64,000 nt of DNA from a virus (Duplodnaviria; Heunggongvirae; Uroviricota; Caudoviricetes), in the IMG/VR virus record IMGVR_UViG_2563366977_000001, positions 1 through 64,000 of that record, one strand, 5' to 3'. The first letter of the stretch is position 1. Every line of letters starts with the position of its first letter. Positions 58,379 to 64,000 of this stretch are shown piece after piece. A model generated the notes under the pieces. That model was not told where the DNA came from and did not search any database. It saw only the letters and a list, made by a program, of their open reading frames with translations. The translations under genes were made by a program, and so were the position numbers.

Positions 58379-59416
58379 ATGAGTAAGAAGTCGATCGAGA
58401 ATGAGTACAAACGGTTCCTGCAAACCGCTGAACGGTGGAAAGAGCTGGTGGTCGCAAACTCTGTTTTCCATGATACCAGTTATGTTGGCGAGGAATTTCG
58501 CCATGTTGCATTAACACATGATCCGGCTGTATTAGAAGAAGCTGAAAAATGCATAGCCGAATGGAAAGCCTTTGTTGATCTGTGTCGCAAGGATGATGAC
58601 AAAGCCTCAAACATTGTTGAGTCGGTTTATTTACCGATCCCATTCATTGTTGAGGATACTAATCAGAGTACGCATATCGTTATGCAAAGCGCAACCACAA
58701 CGAGAACATTTACGCGCGAAGACCTGCTGAAAAAATACGATAAAACTATAAAGAAAAGCATGAAAAACAGGATATTTTCACAGGTTGTCGGTGCGCTTGA
58801 AGAAGAACGCAGATTCTTCGCCGCTGAACGTGAGGGCGAGGTATACCGCGCAAGAAAAGAAGGTTATACCGATGTGGTGATTACCACCAATATCGAGGGC
58901 AACAATGGACTTTCACGCTTCCGAGTGGGTGCGCACGGTGCGCTGATCTTTGCAAGAAAAGCAAACACAGAGATTCCCGTTGTTAACAACGTTGGTGAGC
59001 GCCGTACCCTTACCATTTACACTGGCATTAAACCGCTTCCGTGCGGACTTCTCGGCGAATTTGACCTTTATCGGGTTCGTGATCTGGAAAAGCAGCAGCC
59101 AAGCTATGTCGTGAAGTCATATATCCTGAGAAACATTGATATCCGCAATCAGAGTTTAAAAAACAAATCAGATAAAATGCTGGCCGAAGCCGATCCAGCC
59201 ATACACCAGATCGTTAGCCGGAAAATTCAAGAGGCTAAAGATGCAATGGCAAGGCTGGATAAAATGGACCTGGAACTACTGGAAGTTATGATTGCCTCCG
59301 GCGATGACCTGACAGGCATCCGCCTTACTGAAGCCAGGAAAAAATACGGTAAAAGCGTTGAAGAACGCTATGGGTACACATTCACACAAACGATGTACGC
59401 GGCAAAACTCTGGTAA
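58379..59416 (+). CDS. hypothetical protein between rox and pacB (position of P1 c1; no recognisable similarity)
   Basis: Start MSKKSIENEY after AGGAA; operator-like tgttagaaaac about 20 bp upstream. Confidence 0.35.
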   Translation: MSKKSIENEYKRFLQTAERWKELVVANSVFHDTSYVGEEFRHVALTHDPAVLEEAEKCIAEWKAFVDLCRKDDDKASNIVESVYLPIPFIVEDTNQSTHIVMQSATTTRTFTREDLLKKYDKTIKKSMKNRIFSQVVGALEEERRFFAAEREGEVYRARKEGYTDVVITTNIEGNNGLSRFRVGAHGALIFARKANTEIPVVNNVGERRTLTIYTGIKPLPCGLLGEFDLYRVRDLEKQQPSYVVKSYILRNIDIRNQSLKNKSDKMLAEADPAIHQIVSRKIQEAKDAMARLDKMDLELLEVMIASGDDLTGIRLTEARKKYGKSVEERYGYTFTQTMYAAKLW

Positions 59417-59453
59417 TCGCAAACCACCCACAAGCCCCGAATCGCCGGGGCTT

Positions 59454-60962
59454 TTAAATGTCAATATCAGGAATATCCACTTCTGCCAACACCTGATCGC
59501 GGAATGTTGCGAGTTCTGCGCCAATGTCTTCATTAGCAGGCACGTAATCCACCAGCATAGTGAAGCAGTAGGTATCCCATCTGTCCGGCGACTTGATGTT
59601 TAACTTCTGCCGCATGTGCTCCTTGCGCATCATCGCTACCTTCCCTTCTTCGTTAAGCATATACGGGATTTTTGATGCCTGATCTGCGGTTTTGGGGTCA
59701 CTATCGATACGCATACGCCCTGATTTAATGGCATCCCCTGCCATAATATTGGCGTAAGCACGCTGATTGACAAAGCGTTCTCTGTCTCTTAGCGCAAACA
59801 TAGGCTTACCCCAACGGATGCGAACGGGATTAGCACCACGGCGGACAAGCTGCGCACACGTATCTGAACCAAAGCCATCAGCATCCACAGCAATGGTGAT
59901 GTTCGGGTATTTATCAGGAGTGCATTCGTTATAGATAAAGTCGGCAAAAGCCAACGGGTCCATAGTGCCTGGCATCTCCAGTATCTTAAAGTTCACAACG
60001 CGTCGTTTCTCACGATAACCGGATACTTTGCATATATTGAGCACCGATTTGTCGCGACCATTACCGACGTCAGCGGTCGCTACCCAGCCCCAATCTTTCT
60101 CCAGCAACACTTTACGCCGTGCGGCGCGGTCGCACTCATCACGACCAAGCAAATACCCGTTAATTGCACGCGGGAACTGGCCCAGCACCTTAACCATGTA
60201 CTCCAGCGAATCCCTGCCGCCGTACTCCAGCAATTTCTCACGAATAAAGCTCGGTTCAACGAATGGAGATTCTTCAGAGTTAAGGACTATTGCCGTCCAG
60301 ACTCCTTCCGGATTGCCTTCTGCCTTTGCCCTTGAATGGTGGGATTCATAAAAGTAACCGCTTGGACGCGTAGGCTGGGAAAGCATGAGCATACGGTTAT
60401 CTTTCTGCGTTAACGCCCCCGTCATGACGTTAATCGCCTTATCGGATATGCCCGATGCTTCATCAAGGATTAGCAGTAAATGCTCCGCGTGCTCCCCCGC
60501 CAGTGCCTCTTCGTTACCGAGTCGATAACCTTTACAGAGCACTTCCCATATCCCTTTACGGGAACGCTCATAAAACATGGTGTCAGACAGGACAAAATAG
60601 GTCTGTAACCAGCCGTGGCGCTTAACAGCATTCGCCCAAAACTGTTTCACGTATTTGAATACGCCTGTTTTTACCTGGCCTATTTTGTTCGCAACAATAA
60701 TGACGCGGGCGTCGGGGAACAGGATCATAAAAATTAGTAGCAACATCGCGGTAAGGGATGACTTACCCGTTCCGTGTCCGGACGTAACGGTCGTCCTGCT
60801 CCCCGTCTCCTGCACTGACTGAATGATCTGCTGCTGCTGATGGGAGGGGAACATCCCAAAAATATCGACAACCGCCTGGGTAAAGTTGTATCGATACCTG
60901 ATAACCATATCGCGCCAACGTGGATCACTGGTGACGCACTTAATCTTACGACCACCAGCCAT
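59454..60962 (-). CDS. pacB: terminase large subunit (PacB-like)
   Basis: Walker A-like TSGHGTGKSSL near the N-terminus, 502 aa, immediately downstream of the pacA-like gene. Confidence 0.7.
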   Translation of the reverse strand: MAGGRKIKCVTSDPRWRDMVIRYRYNFTQAVVDIFGMFPSHQQQQIIQSVQETGSRTTVTSGHGTGKSSLTAMLLLIFMILFPDARVIIVANKIGQVKTGVFKYVKQFWANAVKRHGWLQTYFVLSDTMFYERSRKGIWEVLCKGYRLGNEEALAGEHAEHLLLILDEASGISDKAINVMTGALTQKDNRMLMLSQPTRPSGYFYESHHSRAKAEGNPEGVWTAIVLNSEESPFVEPSFIREKLLEYGGRDSLEYMVKVLGQFPRAINGYLLGRDECDRAARRKVLLEKDWGWVATADVGNGRDKSVLNICKVSGYREKRRVVNFKILEMPGTMDPLAFADFIYNECTPDKYPNITIAVDADGFGSDTCAQLVRRGANPVRIRWGKPMFALRDRERFVNQRAYANIMAGDAIKSGRMRIDSDPKTADQASKIPYMLNEEGKVAMMRKEHMRQKLNIKSPDRWDTYCFTMLVDYVPANEDIGAELATFRDQVLAEVDIPDIDI

Positions 60963-62326
60963 TAGTCATCCTCCGGCTGGTCTATCACAATCTCGTCATC
61001 TACAGCATCAAAACCGGTATCCCCCGCGTCATAATCACCGTAGATATCAGCCGTGGCGGAAGGGTCTATATTCAGGTCTTCATCATTGGCCTCAAATTCA
61101 CCGGCTTTACGTTCTCCGTTCCGGTCGTAATCCCCCATCCCAAGCCTATCAACGATTTTCGCTACTTCAGCCCGGCGTTGTGCAAGCCATTGTGGGAGTC
61201 CAGCTTGTTGCTCGGCAAACTGCTTCGCCTCTTTATCCAGTTGCTCATCATCAACATCGTTAACGTCAGAAACCGGAGGCTCCAGAAGTGAGATCGCTTT
61301 TGCCGCTCGTGCCGCCAGGATAGCTGGGACACTGACGCCCTGCCGCTCGATATATTCAGCTACGCCTATATCGTCCAGCTCCTCGCGCTCACGCATACGT
61401 ATAGCGGCGGCGATAACCCTGGCGGCGCGTGCGTCAGCGCCAATGCGATACTCAATCTCCTTGCCACGCTGCTCGGCCTGCAGGCGGGCAATCGCCAGTT
61501 TTTCTCTGGCCTCAGCCTCCCTGAATGCCTGCTGACGCGCGCCCTGCGCAAGTTTTTCATCCCCCTGGCGTAGCTTCTGCTCGGTCTGGTAGATGGCTGC
61601 CAACCTACTGATAAAGTCATTCATGTAGTAGGCCGCATCGCTTATTAGGCCGAGAAGACGCTGCCCTGGGTGCATCCCCTCTGGCTGTGTATCGCCGAGG
61701 GCGTCAATCTCTTCCTGTAGTCGCTCCGCTTCCTGGTCAACGATGGCCTGATACTGAATTGCTCGTTCCTGCGCCATCTGTATCGCAAGTCGTAAATGTT
61801 CAGTCGCGCCGTTCTTCATCATCTCACGGGCGACGTTGGTGGCAGGCAAAGTGGCGCTTTGAGCTGATGAGTCAGGGATCATTTGCAATGATCCCTTGTT
61901 TCGTTGGGCTTTTTCGCTGCTTTTAGGGATCATTTCTCCCATTTCATCACAAAATGATCCCTTCACATCCTTGTGTATCCTGTTGTTATTACTTGGTTTT
62001 TCTTTGTGATCCGCATTTTGTTTTTGCGGCATGGCGCGGAACTGTCCACCAGCTAACGATTTGTCAGTTTTTGTAAATTCTGTGCTTTTATCAGCCTTTT
62101 TTTGCTCTTTTTTTGAGCCGGTGGCGCTGCTTTTTGCGCGCTGTTTTGTACTTTTCCCGGCAGCCTTAGCTTTCGCCTTAACCTCATTTTTTTTCATATT
62201 GAGATGCTTTCTGGCGGTGTTAAAGCTGAGGTCATGCTGCTCGCAATATTCTTTTATGGTGATCCCGGTTTCTTCTCTTAACTCCAGGAACTTAGCTCGA
62301 TGCGCCTCCCAGTTAATTAACGTCAT
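60962..62326 (-). CDS. pacA: terminase small subunit / pac-recognition protein (PacA-like)
   Basis: N-terminal HTH-like ITIKEYCEQHDLSFNTARKHL and basic region; the gene contains a cluster of GATC hexamers resembling the P1 pac site. Confidence 0.55.
   Translation of the reverse strand: MTLINWEAHRAKFLELREETGITIKEYCEQHDLSFNTARKHLNMKKNEVKAKAKAAGKSTKQRAKSSATGSKKEQKKADKSTEFTKTDKSLAGGQFRAMPQKQNADHKEKPSNNNRIHKDVKGSFCDEMGEMIPKSSEKAQRNKGSLQMIPDSSAQSATLPATNVAREMMKNGATEHLRLAIQMAQERAIQYQAIVDQEAERLQEEIDALGDTQPEGMHPGQRLLGLISDAAYYMNDFISRLAAIYQTEQKLRQGDEKLAQGARQQAFREAEAREKLAIARLQAEQRGKEIEYRIGADARAARVIAAAIRMREREELDDIGVAEYIERQGVSVPAILAARAAKAISLLEPPVSDVNDVDDEQLDKEAKQFAEQQAGLPQWLAQRRAEVAKIVDRLGMGDYDRNGERKAGEFEANDEDLNIDPSATADIYGDYDAGDTGFDAVDDEIVIDQPEDD
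61872..62264. other. candidate pac site: cluster of TGATCC/GGATCA (Dam-site) hexamers inside pacA
   Basis: GATC at about 61875, 61890, 61928, 61956, 62006 and 62261; the first four form two inverted pairs within about 85 bp. Confidence 0.45.
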
Positions 62327-62715
62327 AGGGAAGCCTCACGTTTTTTCACAGCGGCGTTCCATAGCTGGTTAGTCATCGCCACCAACTGACGCTGCTCCTT
62401 TCGTAATTGAGCTTCTATCTTTCGGTTGGTGTTTTTCACCAACAGCCGACCGAATTCAGGAGTGCGCCCGCGCACCTTGAACTGGTATCCATTCAGGCCA
62501 TGTAACCAATATTTCCGGGGGTATACGCGGTCGTCTATTTCGCAAATGGCACGACTGGAACGAACAAAAAAACGTATGATGTTATTTACGTTTACGCGCG
62601 ACACATGAAGGTGAGGATATTGTGCTTTTGCACGGCTGGTGATTTCGGTGACCGTCAGATAGCAGTCAGCCCTGATCATGATATCCGCTATTTCGGCGCT
62701 ACTGATTTGCTCCAT
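62323..62715 (-). CDS. small regulatory-like protein in the position of P1 lpa (late promoter activator)
   Basis: 130 aa directly upstream of pacA with a 4-nt overlap; operator-like tattagaaaattaatattaatttactaa upstream at about 62793-62820. Synteny only. Confidence 0.3.
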   Translation of the reverse strand: MEQISSAEIADIMIRADCYLTVTEITSRAKAQYPHLHVSRVNVNNIIRFFVRSSRAICEIDDRVYPRKYWLHGLNGYQFKVRGRTPEFGRLLVKNTNRKIEAQLRKEQRQLVAMTNQLWNAAVKKREASL

Positions 62716-62822
62716 TTATCCCCCGGATAGAAAAAGACCGAGGGGATGATAATCAGCTTGTTAATACTGAGAAGACTGTCAAAAACATGATGTATTAGAA
62801 AATTAATATTAATTTACTAACG

Positions 62823-63206
62823 CTACCAGCGGGATAAACGAACAACATGCTTAACTTTTGCCTCCCACTTCCCTTTATGTTTGTTGATCACCGCCTGCGC
62901 CATCTTCAGACTGGCTTCAAAATCGGCTTTTCGACCACTATTGCCCACCAGCAACGCTCCGTCTATTTCGGGTAAGCATAAGTAATCCTGCTCGACGGTA
63001 AGCGGCATTGATGATGTAACCTGGCAGGCTTTCCATCTGAAGCGTATGCGCACACTCCTGACTGACATCACGACATAACCTGATATTGTGCTCTTGTGTC
63101 CGGCGTCTGTGCGTGTAGCCTTGCATGATGTTATCTTGCAGGTGATGATGTCCCAACCAATGTGCATCGCATCCTCAATGCGTAATTTAGTAGCCTCGTA
63201 CATCAA
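62823..63206 (-). CDS. hypothetical protein
   Basis: Track ORF, 127 aa. Confidence 0.3.
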   Translation of the reverse strand: MMYEATKLRIEDAMHIGWDIITCKITSCKATRTDAGHKSTISGYVVMSVRSVRIRFRWKACQVTSSMPLTVEQDYLCLPEIDGALLVGNSGRKADFEASLKMAQAVINKHKGKWEAKVKHVVRLSRW

Positions 63207-63778
63207 AAAACCTCCCAGTCAGTAGCGATAATATCAACACCAGTTGCAAACCAGTCTGTCTGCGCCTGTAAATCCCCATTCATCATTACCAGGCGAGGCA
63301 TAACCATCACATCACAACCTTCAACAATATCGAATGCCTCTTCCGGCAGGAATTCGACGAGCTTTTCTTTGCTACCAACACTGCCACGGAGCATCGATAT
63401 ATAGCTCCCTTTAGGCCATGATGTTCGCCGGGCATCAAGCCCCTTCATCATCCAGTAAAAGGCCGATGAGAACGGGATGTTCTTTTTGGCGATGAGCACG
63501 TTATTCGCTTCTGTGTACTTCAGGAACTTAACTAACCTTACCATCGACTCGGATAACGCAATGTACGGCTCGTGATTGATTGCTGACACACTTACGCCGT
63601 GCAGTCCAACACTTACCACTGTCATATCACCGTTCTGTGCGGTTTCGATGTTGACGCCTTTACGAACTAACGCTGCATAAAGCTCCTCGCGCTTTTGCGT
63701 CCAGCATTCTCGTCGCCCTATAAAGTCACTCAAAACGAGATCATCTTCTGAATACGCGTTATCGTTCGCCGTTAACAT
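63203..63778 (-). CDS. protein with C-terminal DUF2829-like domain (second paralogue)
   Basis: ...FSSAFYWMMKGLDARRTSW ... DIIATDWEVF matches the same pattern as the 54926..55561 protein. Confidence 0.35.
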   Translation of the reverse strand: MLTANDNAYSEDDLVLSDFIGRRECWTQKREELYAALVRKGVNIETAQNGDMTVVSVGLHGVSVSAINHEPYIALSESMVRLVKFLKYTEANNVLIAKKNIPFSSAFYWMMKGLDARRTSWPKGSYISMLRGSVGSKEKLVEFLPEEAFDIVEGCDVMVMPRLVMMNGDLQAQTDWFATGVDIIATDWEVF

Positions 63779-64000
63779 AACGTCTCCTTTTTTACACGCG
63801 CGACTATCCCCCGGCTGAACCGGTAGTGACGTCGTAACTTCGTATTAATTAAGGGTTACAGCCTGAGCGGCTATATGATGAATTGAAAGGAGTTGTGGCG
63901 GTGGTGCCTCCACCTGCCAGGTTAGCCACGCCCGGCGACGACACTTATCAGAACGTAGTGAATGAAAATGGCTTCGTCACGAGCGCATAGCCGCAATTAC

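Noticed and set aside
58379-59416. Assignment of this ORF as the C1 immunity repressor
   Set aside because: Only synteny (between pacB and the recombination site) and an upstream operator-like motif support it; the protein does not resemble P1 C1 as I remember it, so it is left as hypothetical.
63825-63850. loxP-like half-site gtaacttcgtatt
   Set aside because: Single arm with no inverted partner at 8-bp spacing; likely coincidental or a relic.

Overview
The window reads as one contiguous stretch of a P1-family temperate phage-plasmid. The closest relative I can recognise from memory is the P1-like phage D6, the source of the Dre recombinase and its rox site: an exact rox-like 32-bp site lies about 150 bp upstream of a Cre-family recombinase gene. 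All assignments are from reading the translations and DNA by eye; no database search was run. Coordinates of sites I located by hand (operators, iterons, rox, hairpins) may be off by a few bases.

Layout, left to right:
- 1-9.9 kb: tail fibre (runs off the left edge), P2-like baseplate genes and a 1286-aa tape-measure/Sit-like protein.
- 10-11.3 kb: P1-type iteron replicon (iterons, repA, iterons).
- 11.5-18.6 kb: virion genes, including putative sheath and major capsid.
- 19.6-24.3 kb: overlapping spanin pair, PAAR-like protein, then two adjacent partition systems (ParM/ParR and ParA plus a small ParG-like protein).
- 24.3-26.9 kb: rdgC, a C5-methyltransferase-like gene and dam, behind a perfect palindromic operator.
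- 26.9-30.1 kb: second baseplate module.
- 30.2-38.5 kb: AT-rich cargo island with two toxin-antitoxin modules (each with an extra orphan antitoxin-like gene), an uncharacterised membrane-protein cassette, a SWIM-like zinc-finger operon and two secreted proteins.
- 38.9-41.6 kb: antirepressor region with a structured leader, and a Ref-like HNH nuclease.
- 41.7-50 kb: long early operon of small accessory genes.
- 50-57 kb: LexA-box-regulated humD, phd-doc, two DUF2829-like proteins (second one at 63.2 kb), dUTPase.
- 57-63.8 kb: dre-rox, terminase genes pacB/pacA with a cluster of GATC hexamers.

Most of the backbone is known P1/D6-type biology. The best candidates for something undescribed are the two-gene membrane cassette at 31.4-32.8 kb, the SWIM-like operon at 33.0-34.5 kb and the orphan antitoxin genes beside the TA modules. 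A recurrent TGTTAGAAAAT operator-like motif marks at least eight early or regulatory promoters.
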